Origin: Eledone cirrhosa
Taxonomy: Eukaryota
Assembly: GCA_964016885.1 (NCBI GenBank)
Contig: OZ024742.1
Location: 214,148,001-214,212,000, forward strand
Direction: 5' to 3'
DNA: 64,000 nucleotides
Shown: positions 1 to 14,700 of the stretch, in pieces
Layout: each line of letters begins with the position of its first letter
Numbering within the stretch: the stretch's first letter is position 1
Notes under the pieces: generated by a model
Databases searched by the model: none
The model's input: only the letters and a program-made list of their open reading frames with translations
Told to the model about the DNA's origin: nothing
Position numbers and translations under genes: made by a program

Positions 1-59
1 ACGGGGATAGGAGCTAGATAATTTCTTTCACCCGCTCCATGCGAAAACACAACATCAAC

Positions 60-219
60 TTACCAGAATAAATTTTCATTCAGTCCAGAATTAGCCGTCG
101 AAACGGCTTGAGCTCAGCCGTCGGGGTCTTACTTGTTCTTATTACCCACTCTACTACCCTAAGTATTGAGTACTTTGGTGCGTTATGGTCCACCTGGTTC
201 CTTACCACATATCCTTCGT

Positions 220-222
<3 letters not shown>
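60..222 (+). mobile_element. 5'-truncated 3' tail of PLE family B, carrying only the 3' half of the U3-A8 hammerhead
   Basis: Near-identical to 56028-56187 (GCCGTCGAAACGGCTTGAGCTCAGCCGTCGGGGT...) and runs into (TA)n. Confidence 0.85.
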
Positions 223-300
<78 letters not shown>

Positions 301-905
301 ACACACATATATATATATATTTACAAACACACACATTTATATGGTTGCGTATGTATCTGTGCACGAACGCTGATGACCATGTCTTTCAAGGTTTAAGGAT
401 ACATTGCTGGTTGCACAATTCTTAGTTATCATCTTTGGGACTGATGAGTATTTTGTGGACTTCCAGTGTAGAATCGAATTATTTACGCAGAGAAATGTAC
501 AGTCGACGAACACGCTTTGAATACATGAGAAAATTATTGTCCATTCACTCAACTAGACGGAAAGAGTAGATAGCCAGTTTTTCCATGCATGCTTGTGATA
601 TGAACACTTTCAAAGGGGTATTGTCTATGCTTGTGAGTCTATGTGTGTGTCAGATAGAGCGTAAATAGCATATTGCATTTGCATGTTTTCCTGCCATCAT
701 AATAATGATTAGTTGTAGTCTTGGTGAATCGTGAGTAGCTTTTTATGTCTTAAAAATTGCATAGAACATAAATAACTTTATATAGCATACATCCCATACA
801 TACTTCCATTTTACTCACACACACACAAACAGACACACAAAAGTATACACATCTCTTACTATCTCCTCTCTCCCCCTCTTTCTCTTTCTTTTTGTACCCC
901 CCTCT

Positions 906-946
<41 letters not shown>

Positions 947-1209
947 GTATAGTATTCTGGTGGAATAAATGAATATTTAAAATATAGAATCGAGGTATTG
1001 AAGCCTCAGCTTGGAATAAATGAATATATAAATAAACTACTGGATGTATTGAGTACATTTGGCTCTCGTTTTAACGATAAACACGTACATGCATACATGC
1101 ATACATGCATACATGCATGCATACATGCATGCAAACACGATACATACATACATGCACCTATACATGCAAATATACATACACTTATATGTACATACATATA
1201 TATATCTCC

Positions 1210-1312
<103 letters not shown>

Positions 1313-2598
1313 CCGATACTGTTTTGTATACCGAATAAAATAAGCTGGCGGCGTTTCACACGGTCTCATGGGTGATAAAGTAATTTGAAACATGTCAATC
1401 AGATGAGATCATTCTAGCAATTAATTGACGAAATACTTTGTAATGAAGTTTAAAATCTAAAAATATCTCGTATGAGATATAGCTCCAATACGATCAGTTG
1501 CTAAACAAATTTACACAATACGGACAATGCATATTGCAGCAGGACTTGTCTTTCAAATCAACTGGTGAAAACAATGAAACTGTTTCACTCTTATGAGAAC
1601 TCCACAGTAAGACTTTTTATATTCAGTCGGCAAGACGAAGTTGCCACTGACAGATGCGGACGCTCTGCCACTACTACTGCATTCCTGCATGCATGACTAC
1701 ATGTACACCTAATTTCTTACTCACTTCACGTCGTATGATACATCACTTTCATTTTCGTTTTCTTTCTACTCTTCCAGTACTTTATCTCATCTAATTTCAC
1801 TCTTTCCTGTCGAAGGACAAACGGCGTGTACGTTGACATATTTTTTTACTTTTCCCCACAAGCGTAATTCTCCTCCGTGATCGTCTTTCTTTTGACCTTG
1901 GATTATGTATATGTATATATAATTGAATAAACAAGAGAGATGAACACTAATATACGTGTTCGAATCGTAAGGACCAAGTTTGCTAGGGTGAAAAATACTA
2001 ACTACAGCAATATGGTTTGTCAGACTTAATTTTATACATTAAATTAAGAAAAATAACAGACCTATATTAGGCAATCGCCTGGTAACAACTAGACAGTTTT
2101 GGAGACTGTTTCACAAGATCTTATTAAGTGAAGCCCACTCTTTTCTCTGCTCCTCAGTAGTTGTTGAGAAATTAGATGTGAAAAGAATTATCGCACGTGT
2201 CTTCGGGACCCAGCTTGTCTCGAAATTCCATACCGCTAAAAATAGCAGCCTGGCTAACAGGACATTAAAATTAGCTCTACATGATGGAGCCGACAAATAT
2301 ATAATGAGTTAGAAACTCAGAGTAGTCTCTTACAATTAAATAGCTCTGAGAAAAATTTTAAATACAAAATATATAAAAAATACAACCGGCCCTGGCATTG
2401 ATAAATATCCAGGGTCCGTCAGCTCCTTATCTCTATATATACACACACATATATATATATATATATCACAGAAAAAAAGAGAATCAGTGTTGCGACGAAT
2501 GGAATTTATTGGACATATTACAATCGTTTCTCTGCTCTATGAGAGCATCGAGTGCTCATACGGCCTACCACATACGGAAGCTTTAAACATCCAACACC

Positions 2599-2632
<34 letters not shown>

Positions 2633-3052
2633 TCCCCTCCCCACATATATTTATAATCGTCTTATTTTCCCTGTTTTCATATATATATATATATATATAT
2701 AGTTATACCTGTATATACACAGATTTAAATTTATTGTACATTTCGGCTTCGATGCGCACAACGTAACATATGTGTATGTCAATATACATAGAGATTGAGA
2801 GAGACGGGCATGCAGTGATGTTGACTATGAATAGCAATAATATGACAGAGTAAAAAAATACCTTGAGTGTTTTCAGCATACTAAATACAAATACAATCGC
2901 GTCCTATATATATATATATATTATACTGATTTGAAAAACAAAAAACTGAGATTATCCACACAGTAAGGTTTAATTAATCAGTAGTGTTATTCAAATTATA
3001 CGATAATGGAAAACAGAAGGTAGATTTGGGAATAAATTGAAGGCAATGAAGA

Positions 3053-3117
3053 TAATTGTTTCTACTTTTGGAACAAGGCCAGCAATTATCTCAGTGCATT
3101 ACTGGTACTTTATTTTA
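3053..3117 (-). mobile_element. SINE 3' fragment
   Basis: TAATTGTTTCTACTTTTGGAACAAGGCCAGCAATTATC...GTACTTTATTTT matches the tail of the SINE at 10002-10195. Confidence 0.75.
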
Positions 3118-6100
3118 GGCAATGAAGATAATGGCGTGTCACCTGTTATTTTATTTACCCGTCCTATTATTTCGGATCTAAAATACATTCGTCAGAAAAT
3201 TATAATCAGAAACCGGCTCGGAGATCGCGCTTCTGTTGTTAGAGACTCAACCGTTGTGGGCTCGAAAAATTCTTGCTAATAAAATACTGGATCAATGTAT
3301 GATTGTGATATCATCAAACATTTCTGCTAGATTGCCAATGTTGAGATTGAAATCAATATTACTGATAGACATTAGTTTTCATTCTTCTGTGGAAGATGTT
3401 AGGTGTGGTCAACAAACACGAACTAGAAATTTATAGATTTATATTTAATCTTGGCAAAGTTTATGTTCCCGCCAAACACTTGTGGCGTTTTGCCAGTTTA
3501 AAAAAATACTTATTATTACCGATTATATCTGTGACTGGTACAATAGGTAAAATGTCTGATAAAAGGTTTTTCCCTTAGTTAGTCCGCTTTTATCTCTACC
3601 CAAATAATCTTGCTCACTTTCATTTTGTTTTTTCAAATCCATTAAACAAAGACCACCAAGTGCTGTGATCCATCCTTTCGACTATAACTGTTCTTCAAGT
3701 GTACCGTTAAGTCAATTTTAGAAATAGGGCAGAATGGAAGAGCTAGAACGTCGGTCAAACCGACTTGCCGTTTTAGCTCCGACTATTTATATTCTTAGAT
3801 TAATTCCTGCCTATGCAAACATGGTCTTTCATTCTTCTTGGATCGATATATTAAAGCATCAGTCAGTTACCGATGTCGAATATCAAGCCTTGTACTTATG
3901 CTAGAAATGGCAGTAAAGTGGTAAATTCTCAGAACCGTTAGATCATGGGACAAAATGCTTTGCGGCATATGTTTACGACACTTAATGTTCTGAGTCGGAA
4001 TCTAGCCAAAGCCGACTCTGTCTTCAACATTTCCGAGATCAGTAAATTCATTATCAGAAAAGATTTTTAGTCGTTATAATCAGGTGTTCATTGTCGCCTA
4101 AATCATTGAACCAGTGTCAGTGTAAGAAATTATGATTATATTGTTAACTGATGATAACCCTTAAAAAAGCAAATGATTTTCTTACTACTCAACATGATGT
4201 ATTGACATCAACTATGAAAAATAATTAGCTGCCATTTTGAAATATAACTTTTGAAGATAGCACAAGCTTTTAAATTTAAATTATTGGCACATTTTCCACT
4301 TTCTCGTACTATATATGGCGGCTTCAGCATTTTCTCTAAATCTTTATTGTCGTCAGCCTAACATGCCACTGATCCCCGAAGATAAACTGTTTTATATTTA
4401 TAATGCAAGGCGTGTTTGGTATTGATCATAATGCTTGTCTTTTCTACTATCATGCATACGAAGAATATTTCAAAGCGTATACTGATATGTTGAAGTGTGT
4501 CTTATCTAATTTGGTTACATGAGAATCACATGAACCGAACACACGCAGTTTATCTATGGAATATGGCACGTCAACACGACGGATAATACTCTATTCAAAG
4601 CAAGTTATACACACATGGAATTAAATTCGCAGATCCAATCTTAAGAAATTGAAGCATCACTTATTGATTCCTACTATGTTATATCTACTTAAAGCTAATT
4701 GTTGAGGATTCTGTGAGAGTTAAGTAACTCAATGGATTCAAAGGTAAGTGAGAGTTAAGTACGCAATAGGATTATAAACTTGTATCCTATAACTTGCTTA
4801 ACACTAGCATTAGACTTGGTGAACTTTCGTGGAGTCCACACTGCCACATGGCACGTACTTGGTGTGTATATAACTTCCACATACCAAACATGGAGCCCAT
4901 GGAAAATGGCGTTAAGCTTAGTCAGTGGTATTTTAATTCGCCATAAAAAATATCAACCTGGCCACTTAAAGGCAATATATCTTCAAATCATACGTACCTG
5001 CTTTTACTAGTATATGTTATATATGTTCTTGATACTGGAAGGTGCATATCGAATCCGTCGGCATAAGATGGCCTTTGAGAAATGCTTTTGCAGTCTTGTC
5101 CGGAGGGTGCAGCCCTAAATCGACCGCGCCCTAGGCCTAGAGCCCATAACCCTCCATCTTCCCATTCTTATGTGACCCTAGAGCCCTTGCCCTTCACTTC
5201 ATTTTCTGTTTTTAAATATCTATAGTGTTGTTGTTATGTGAAATATATTTGTTTACGATTTTTGTTGATAAATGATATTTCCATAATTTTCAAATTTCTC
5301 TAATCTAAGAAAGTCTAATTTTGTTCAAGTAAAATAAAGTAGCGGGACACATGGAAAATAAATGTTTTATAAATGTTTTATTTTGATGTGTAAATGTATG
5401 AATCTTAACATTATTTCGTTTGTTCTCATTCCATAATTAAGTTTGTTAAAATCGTATAACTCGAACACAGAATGGTATTATAGATTAAGGCAGAACTTTC
5501 TACATGTGGCTAACGATAGCAGTGGAAGTTTAATTGTAAGGGATATTTAAAAATGTTAAAATCCCGGGAATGTCAACTTTAATCTACATCCTTTGTTGGT
5601 GGTTGGATAAATATCAACCGAGTACGAGTGTCAATTTCTCTTCTTTCTAACTTCAGCACTTTTCTCCCTTTCACTCTTTCTTTCTCTGGAAGAAATCGTC
5701 AGCGTCGACGGTAAAAGGGCTGGCTTCCACAGGTTCTCAAAAGCCCACGAGACGCCGTATGACATGACAGCGCCACTACAACTTCATCAACAGTTAAGGA
5801 GACTTTATATTTCCTAAATAATAGGGAGACAAAAATAAAACTGTATTTATATGAGTGTCTGTGTTTTCGACTCTTGTCTATGTCTTCATTTCTTCTCATG
5901 GCTAGATTAATAAAATATAGACTGAACCAGTCACTATTATCATCCTGCACTCGATCTGTCTTAATCAAGACGCTTCTCCACCCCATCAGCACTCCATCCC
6001 ATACACCGGGCTACTTAAATTCTGATAAGGACTTCTTTCTATTTACTGCCACCTTCCAGCTTCCACTTTTATCTTAAAACACGCCCTGAAAAAGGACTAA

Positions 6101-6310
6101 CGTGGAATGCGTTGCGAAATTACATCTCCACTAAGCAGAGCGTGAAACTAATAAGACTTTCTGCAATTGCATCTCTGTGTTTGTCGCTTTTAATCTCCCC
6201 CCCCCCCCTCTCTCTCTCTCTCTATATATATATATAAAGGGATTTATTAGGTATTGACATATGTTTCTGTAACAGACGGAATACCTATGTATCGCAGCTT
6301 GCGTAATCAT

Positions 6311-6477
6311 ATAATTGTTTCTACTTTAGGCACAATGCCAGCAATTATTGGTACTTTATTTTATCGACCTCGTAAGGATGAAAGACAAAGTAAACCTCGG
6401 CGGGATTTGAACTAAGACCGTAAAGGGACGTAACTATGCTGGAAAGCATGGCGTCCGACTCTCTACCGATGCTGCCA
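6311..6477 (-). mobile_element. tRNA-derived SINE
   Basis: Reverse complement of the 8767-8948 family. Confidence 0.85.
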
Positions 6478-7091
6478 TAGCAAATGTATAATCAGTTGTC
6501 ACTTCTTCAGAGATATTGGATACATTGGAAAAAAATCAGAAAAATCAAAGTACTTATATTAGTCGTAAGAAAGGAAGGGGAGGGGGGAAAGTATATAACA
6601 TGACAATTCAATTTGCTGGTAAACAAGTGTATAGAAGGTTTTTAATGAGAATACAATGTGTATATGGCTTATTTTATCTAAATAAGAATTTTTGGGAGTG
6701 CCGAATTTAATTTATATTTGACCAGTTGAACAATGGACAGGGCTGGTGGCTTGGTGTGGTAGTATTAATACAGATATAAGGTGTCAAGTAAGGAAGAGAG
6801 ATTTTCACTGCTACTGTATAACAACAATGCTAGTAGCCTGTTGGTATATGCTTTAGGGAATTGAATTGAGAAATCTTATTTTATCTATAGCATTTTATAT
6901 TAAATGATAAAGAATAGAAGTGTTGATAGAATTAAAGCTAATAGAGATAATGTTAATATGTATTTTGACAATCAAACGGGGATGGAAACAGGCGTTCAAT
7001 CCTGGTAGCGTTTGTAATATGAAAATGTAGATTTCAAGCGATGGTTACAGTATAACGGTCGCTCTATTCTGTTATTTAATAAATATATATA

Positions 7092-7174
<83 letters not shown>

Positions 7175-7292
7175 GGAGGTCAGAAGTATTACTGAAACAT
7201 TTCCATTATGGGATGCCCTAAATACCAGAATTTGATCTTTTTATACATTCCTATATTTATGAATCTTTCCCTCTATTCACACTCTCCCTCAC

Positions 7293-7366
<74 letters not shown>

Positions 7367-8268
7367 GAATATATATATAAATATATATATGAATATATAT
7401 ATGAATATATATATACGATTCTCCTAACCTACTTCCGTTGTCTAAAGGTCAGAGCTAAGGAATCTTTGAGGTAAAAACAGTCGGGGGTTTACAATTAGTG
7501 TCACTGGGAATTAATGCTGTCTGTTTGGAGATGTTCGTTATGTTAAACTCAAAGAAAAAAACAAAACAAAATAGAAGCGTTCGAGAGACAATGAAAAAAA
7601 TATTTTGATTGATTATAGCATCAATTCTTATATCTTTTCTTTGAAATACTTTATCCTAGCTTCCACCTACACAAAAGCGAAAGTGCCAGTGAAATCTATG
7701 GGGGACCGCTGTATAGTATTCACACTAGTCGTTACATATTAATCTAATGTCCACCCGTTCTTACATTTCCAAGCATCGACTCCACAGGACAAAAGCTACA
7801 CTGTCGTTTGATTGACATAATAGCGAATAGCAAGTAAAGCTGATTTCGTATCAGGATATGAAATTCTCTCACTGACAAATTCATCACTGTCTGCATTGAC
7901 AAGTGGTTTCCCTGATCCACACAGAGCTGTTATCTTTTTTCAGCATACTTTCTCCAGCCATAAACAAAGGTATCCATATTGACAACAGTTTCAGACTTCG
8001 ATCAATCATATTTACAACAGTCCATATTATCTTAAATGTTCACTCGCGATCAGATGCCTCTTGAATAATATTTTAAAATGTATTAACTTTCAAACTCCTT
8101 CAATCCTGTAAATTTCTCAGACAGACACTCGAAAAATTGATATTCCATGAATACCAATGTATCAAGTGAAAATACAAACTGACTATCGTTTATCGTTCGT
8201 ATATCTGTAAAACATCACATGTTTGAGGATTTAAAGAGCACCGTTTGGACGTTGCACACGCATACACG

Positions 8269-8308
<40 letters not shown>

Positions 8309-8766
8309 CATATATTTATACATATATATATGTGTGTGTGTTTCTGTGTATATCAATATATAAAGACATTTGTAAATATATATGTTTGCATGTGTGTATG
8401 TGTTTGTAAATGTATATACAGTTGTATTTATCTCCTGTTGTATGACTATGTTAATTTATAAATAAAGAATATATTTCTTCTTTCAATACACATTTAACCA
8501 ATATTTGTATTATTCATAACCTAGAATTACACTTTCTAACAAAATCTATTTTGTATACAATATTGATTTCTTATATATGCAAAAATCTTCAGATGTATAG
8601 TGGAAGACCTAAAGTACACAAGATCTCTAGAACATTACTGATGTAACAAATGTGAAATGGTTACTTTGTAGAGACAGTATCGCTACAAGGGTTTCATCAT
8701 GACGGGAGCTCAGCTAATCATAACGGTACTAATCACGTAATTTTTGGTGGTTGGATTAATATGCTC

Positions 8767-8948
8767 AATTGGCAGTATCGGTAGAGGGTCGGACGCCATG
8801 CTTTCCAGCATAGTTACGTCCCTTTACGATCTGAGTTCAAATCCCGCCGAGGTTGACTTTGCCTTTCATCCTTACGGGGTCGATAAAATAAAGTACCATT
8901 AATGAACTGGGTAATTGCTGGCCTTGTGCCTAAAGTAGACACAAATAT
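8767..8948 (+). mobile_element. tRNA-derived SINE (Pol III A/B boxes)
   Basis: A-box-like TGGCAGTATCGG, B box GAGTTCAAATCCC, central GCCTTTCATCCTTACGGGGTCGATAAAATAAAGTACC; at least 6 copies in the window. Confidence 0.85.
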
Positions 8949-9142
8949 TTGTTGTCAGTGGAATTCACTCCATTGAAATCTTTATGAGTAAAGTGCTAGT
9001 TACCTTTACATAATAGTTTTCTGTTGACAGTTTCGTACTGATATTTAGTTTGTTCATCGGCCCGACCACATAACAGTTCTGGAAGGAGCCACACATGCTA
9101 CGGATACTGTCTCGCCTCCATTCACAAACTTATGAAAAAAGA

Positions 9143-9990
9143 TTCTTCTTCTTCTTCTTCTTCTTCTTCTTCTTCTTCTTGAGAAGGTCATGGGAACAGA
9201 GTCTTCAAACACTCCTTCTTGCATGTCCTGTCAAAGGAAACTGTCTCCAACTGATCCGGGTGTGTCCCCAAGCGAAACCAGCAAAGCTCGTGGAATTTAT
9301 CTAACCATCTTGGTCGCGGTTTAAAGATGGGTCTCCCGCCGGTTGGCTTTGCCCGTAAAATTTTCACAGCGATTGTTTCATGAGACATTCTAACCACATG
9401 ACCATAATATCGGAACTGTGGTTTCTCAATTCGGAGAAGTAGTTGCTTTACCTGGAGTGACTCTCTCATCTCCGAAATATGCACTCTATCGAGTAACGTT
9501 AGTCCATAGATCCTTCGGGAAAACCCCCTTTCGGCGGGTTGTATTTGTGATTGTATTATTTTAGTTATTACAAAATTGAAAATAGTGAGTCTGGTTTTTA
9601 CACCTACCTCCCATTTTCTGATTACTGAGTGCTGAAGCTGGAACATTACTGTCTCAGCTCCTGTAGTTCTCGCACTTAATTCAGCCTCCTACCTTCCATC
9701 ACTCGTGAACAAGACCCCGAGACATTTGAACTTCTTTACCTGCTTCAGTAAAACTCAATTCACATATAGAGTGTACCACGCAGGCTTCCTTGAGAGGATG
9801 AATGTCTCAGTTTTTGCAGCACTGATTTTCATTCCCGCCATGCAGCACACGGCATCAAACCTATCAAGTGCCTGACGCAAATCACCTTCTGTTGCGTTAT
9901 GTAACCCCATGTCGTCTCCAAATTCCAGCCGACTGATTTTACACCCGTCAGTGATGATACCACTTGCAACTCGGCTGCGCATGTCAATGT
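9143..9990 (-). mobile_element. 5'-truncated RTE-like LINE (RT C-terminus) with (GAA)n tail
   Basis: ORFs 9755-10024 (FGDDMGL...GMKISAAKTE) and 9188-9646 (QFRYYGHVVRM...GGRPIFKPRPRWLD); (TTC)n at 9143-9180 marks the 3' end. Confidence 0.85.
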
Positions 9991-10001
9991 TGTTCATATA
10001 A

Positions 10002-10195
10002 ATAATTGTTTCTACTTTTGGCACAAGGCCAGCAATTATCCCAGTGCATTACTGTTGCTTTATTTTATCGACCCCGTAAGGATGAAAGGCAAAGTTAACC
10101 TCGGCGGGATTTGAACTCAGAATGGCAAGGGCGGTAACTCTATGCGTCAAAGCATGGCGTCCGGCCCTCTAGCAATACTGCCAATTCACCGTCCT
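10002..10195 (-). mobile_element. tRNA-derived SINE
   Basis: Same family as 8767-8948, reverse orientation. Confidence 0.85.
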
Positions 10196-10869
10196 TATAT
10201 TTTAAAAAATAATAAAGTTGAATGAGGTTATGAACATTTTAGATTGGTTGTCTAAAAATTAATTTCATTGAAAGAGCAATCTTCATAAATAAGTAATGAA
10301 TAAGTTCGGCTAATTGATGAAATATCGGTGCCTGGTTTACTGGTTCATCTGGATATTATGGTTGATACAGAAACACCTGTTATGATTCGACAGCGGAGAC
10401 TTAATCACTCGCTGATCTTGACTTTAACTTATTGCAATCGTGAGGCTGTGGATACGTTATAATAAAGCAAATCTATATATATATAAATGCAAGTTTACGA
10501 TTCTGTGTGTCCGCCTAAAACTAGCAAACTACCGGACCAAACTCCTCAAAATTACATGTACATATTCACTATTCACTCGGACGGATAACAGTTGAAAAAG
10601 ATTTACTTTGCAAAGCAAGGAATTCATTTAAATTAAATTTATCTTATTTTCTAATGAATATCAAAAGAGATCATCCATTTTGTTTTTTTATGTTCTCCAG
10701 TCTATAGATAAGAGAGTGAGGGATGGGAAGAGAGAGAGAGTAAGGGATGAGAGAGAAAGAGAGAGAGAGTGGCAGATGGGAGAGAGAGTAAGGCGATGAG
10801 AGAGAAAGAGAGAGAGTGAGTGGGAGAGAGAGTAAGGGGGTGTGAGAGAGAAAGAAAGAGAGTAAGGGA

Positions 10870-11800
10870 TGAGAGAGAAAGTGGGAGATGGGAGAGAGAG
10901 AGTAAGGGGATGTGAGAGAGAAAGAAAGAGAGTAAGGGGATGAGAGAGAAAGACGATGAAAGAGAGAGAGAGGGAAAGTAACCAGCGTTCTTAACTTTTA
11001 TTTATTTATTACTTTTACACACTTTTTAACTCTCCCGCTTCCTTAACGTTATCTGAGTTCAAATCCCGCCGAGGTTAACTTTGCCTTTCATCCTTACGGG
11101 GTCGATAAAATAAAGTACCAGTAATGTACTGGGTATTTGCTGGCCTTGTGCCAATAGTAGAAACAATTATTACACACCACACTATTTCCGAAACAGAAAC
11201 AACTATAGAATGTATTGTTCACTCAGTAAAGTTGTTTTAAATGATCTCTTTATATGAATGTATATTAGGTGTAATTAATTTTAGACATATGTAGAAAATA
11301 TTGGGATTTCAGATTGTATCCAAAAAAAACGACAAACACTACATATGTAGACATATGTAGAAAATAAGCTTTGATAGTAACATATATCGTCTGCTAAAGA
11401 ATGCCCCAACACCCACCCACCCTCCCCCATAACACACACATATGTGTGTGTAAATATATATATAAACGCGGACACACGTTAGACAAAGAATCCCTCCAAT
11501 CACCCTCCCTCTCTCCTGCCTCTTTACTTTTTTTCTCTCTCCCATCATTTCTCTTTTCTTATTGTCTTTTTCTCCCCACCCGCCTCACTCCCTTTCTCTT
11601 TCTCATCTCCTCTCTTTCTTTCTCTCTCTCACAATAGCAAACAAAAAATAAATAAAAGATAAATAACAGTGGGAGAGTTAAGAAGTGTGTAAAAATAATA
11701 AATAAATAAAAGTTAATGAATGCTTGCTACTTTCCCTCTCTCTCTCTCCCATCCCATTACTGTCTCTCTCTCTCTCTTTCTCTCTCTCACATCCCCCCTC
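10870..11800. repeat. Two inverted copies of a GA-rich interspersed repeat
   Basis: 10965-11040 (...TTTTACACACTTTTTAACTCTCCCGCT) is the approximate reverse complement of 11668-11745. Confidence 0.6.
11045..11171 (+). mobile_element. SINE, 5'-truncated
   Basis: GAGTTCAAATCCCGCCGAGG...AAAGTACC...GTAGAAACAATTAT. Confidence 0.85.
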
Positions 11801-11984
11801 TCTCTACGAGTGTCAACCAAGACTAGAGTGGTCGTCCTCCCCTAGAGACACGGCTATTCCCCGCCGGCCGCCATCCCGGTATTTCTTGGTCACGGTTTAT
11901 TTTTTTGCTTTTTAAATTGTTATTATCATTAGTTTTTCCCTAATGAGAGCCCTTCGTTGTTGAGAAAGAAATTATTATTAATAA

Positions 11985-12300
11985 TGTAATATACTTTTCG
12001 TTGAAGATGTTCAAAATATCTCCCGTCATTCAGTATGAAGACATGGAAAACGACATTCCTTTTGAATAGTGAAAAAAAATCACTGGAAGCTGGAGAAGTT
12101 AATATTAATTGTGGAACTTTTGAGGGTGACTCTTTATCACCGCTTTTATTCTGCATCGCACTTATACCATTAAGTAAAATGCTCAATGAAACAAAACATG
12201 GATATAAAGTCTATGACAAACCATTAATCACTTGTTCTACATGGATGACCTGAAACTATTTGAAAAAAATGATGAGCAATTGCAAGGGCTATTATCCAAT
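11985..12300 (+). pseudogene. Non-LTR RT fragment (R4/Dong-like)
   Basis: GTFEGDSLSPLLFCIALIPLS, then after a frameshift INHLFYMDDLKLF. Confidence 0.75.
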
Positions 12301-13199
12301 AATAATAACAATGTCGTAATTCAATTTGAATAACATACAGAAGACATTAAAAACAAACTTATCACTCTTAAATGATTATAATCAAATAATTATTATACAT
12401 ATTGAGTAGTTGAATCGATATTCTAATTTAATCAATAACATTTCATGTGTGGAATGGAAAAAAAAAACACTGACGTCTCTGCTGACGTTTTATGTCAGCA
12501 TTAGTGTTTTGGCATTGACATTTCTCAAACTACTTATATTTTGACCATTTCATATATATTTTCTCCAATATTTGTTTTTGTGTTTTAGCCCCAGGTTAAC
12601 CCTGATCGTTCTGATACATAATCCAAAGCTTTCAAGCCACGCACATTCCCTATTTTAGTGAAAACGTGAAAACATCATTCAATTTGTCTGTACCTTATTT
12701 AATCAGGTAGTATGTGATTCAAGAGGAATATGACTGCTATTTCAAAACAACTGGACGATCACGTAAATGAGCCATCGTTCTAAACATAGAGTTTATAGGC
12801 AGTATAAAAACTGATCATAAATACGAAGAACAGTATTTGAACATAATTTTTCTGATAAGGAAACGGAAGTAGAAATGGATACTCTCAGCAGAATCACTAT
12901 CCTATACTAATTATGTTTCAGAATATGTTTTTTGTTAGGAGAAAATCAATCAGCCATGACATCAACTAATCAATCAATAAGACAGTGGAACAACGTTTAT
13001 ATGGTCGTTTGACCTGCTAGAAACAAGAACAACACTTTGTTCAAACCACGAGAGGATGTACTGAATAAGGAATAACCTAAGACCGACGAATTATATGCCA
13101 GGTTGTTTGCACTTTCGAAAATCGACCGTATCAGCAGGATATTTTAAAGCAAAAATTGTGCCGCTTAAATTGGTAAATTCTTCTGATCAGAATGGTTGG

Positions 13200-14700
13200 A
13201 GTTTCAGGTGTTGGCACTTCAGATTCCAGCTGGTATAATTTGAATTAAATTGTAATACTCCAGGCAGCTGAATCATCAGAAAAGATAATCTTACAGATGC
13301 ACATATCACATTTCTTTATAGATAGGTTTAACAGCATCTAATTTAATTCTTATATGGACCACCCAAGAATACTGCAAACAGTGTTGGAGCGAGTACACAT
13401 CCTTGCCTTAAAACAAGTACGATTTTAGCAAACATACTATCATGGAACTGCCTGATTATCTTCAAAGATTTGTCCGGGAAACCATACTATCGCACAGTTT
13501 CCATACGTCCACTTTTAGCATCTTGTCAAATACCTTTTTAAATTCGACATCGACGACAAAATTGGAACTCATTGTTGAATCTCTCTCAATGTGTAAATTA
13601 TATCATTGGTGTTCCTAGATGCACTGAATTCACATTGAAATGATATGCTCAGATAATTTTGAAGTCACCAGATTATTAGTTCTGCTAAAAATCTCCTGTA
13701 CTTAGGAGAAGGGACGTTCCTCTGTAATTTCCACAGTCCTATCGGTCATCATCCAGTTTGTAGATAGTGATTATATGGACATCATTGAATTGTTTCGTGA
13801 GGTGTTCGCATTCCTAACATTTTCTGGAAGATTGGAGAAGCCTACAGCTTTATTCCATGTCACCGTAATTTAAACTTCCATGGAATGCTGTCAGAGCTTG
13901 GAACTTTCTCCAGATTTGTCCTGGAATGGCAGTTACCAGCACTTCGATATTCGGTGGTTGATCCAAACTGGCATCTTCAGGATATTTTGGGATACTTTCT
14001 AGAGCTTTGCGAGAAATGATTGAAAGTTTTTTTTAGTAGACCACTAAAATATTGCTTCCAGAGTTTCATATTATCTTTCCTCTGTGTATAGGCATGAAAT
14101 GTATATTTTATTGGTCCATTACTACTTTTATAATTGACCGTAAATGTTTCTCTGATCGGGAAAGACATCCTTGATATTGTTGAGATCAGCAAATGTTTGA
14201 ATTTCATCCACATTCTGATCCCTTCATCGGTCTTTCAGCAGACACTGTTTCTTTTGTTGTGAGGCACTCATACTTTTCACTTGTGTAACAACTTGCCGTG
14301 CAGCCCGTCCATCTGAATAGTTTGATAATACTTACGCTTTTCAGATAACAGCTGCTGCATCTTATGTCATTTACATCAAACTAGTTAGCATTCTAGCGTT
14401 TCGGCAAGCTGAATGAGGCTCCAATCATTTTATATGTTCCCTCACACAAAGTAGAAAGCACATGTTCATGTAGTATCTTTAAATTGTTGATCATATTTGC
14501 TGCAGATGTGCGTTGCACCTCGGGATATTTTAAATGGCTGATATCCACTATTGTTGGTGAAATTGGGGCCAGACGCTTGCACTTTATCTGCACAGACAAA
14601 TACCAGCATGTAGTGTGCATCAACCATTACGTAATGGGAAACATTGCATTATTTCCAATAGAAATTGCCCAGCTTTCCAGTATGAAGCCTTTTCTCTTGT
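13200..14700 (-). pseudogene. Highly decayed LINE (RTE-like RT)
   Basis: Minus strand reads RQGCVLAPTLFA (~13375-13410) and KIIRQFHDSM (~13435-13465); many stops. Boundaries approximate. Confidence 0.6.

Noticed and set aside
435-505. CTGATGA...GAAATGTACAGTC
   Set aside because: No convincing stem I or UH geometry.
7700-8050. Possible host exon or transposase remnant
   Set aside because: No open frame or motif I could recognise.
8767-8850. tRNA gene
   Set aside because: The A/B boxes belong to a multi-copy SINE head; no cloverleaf.
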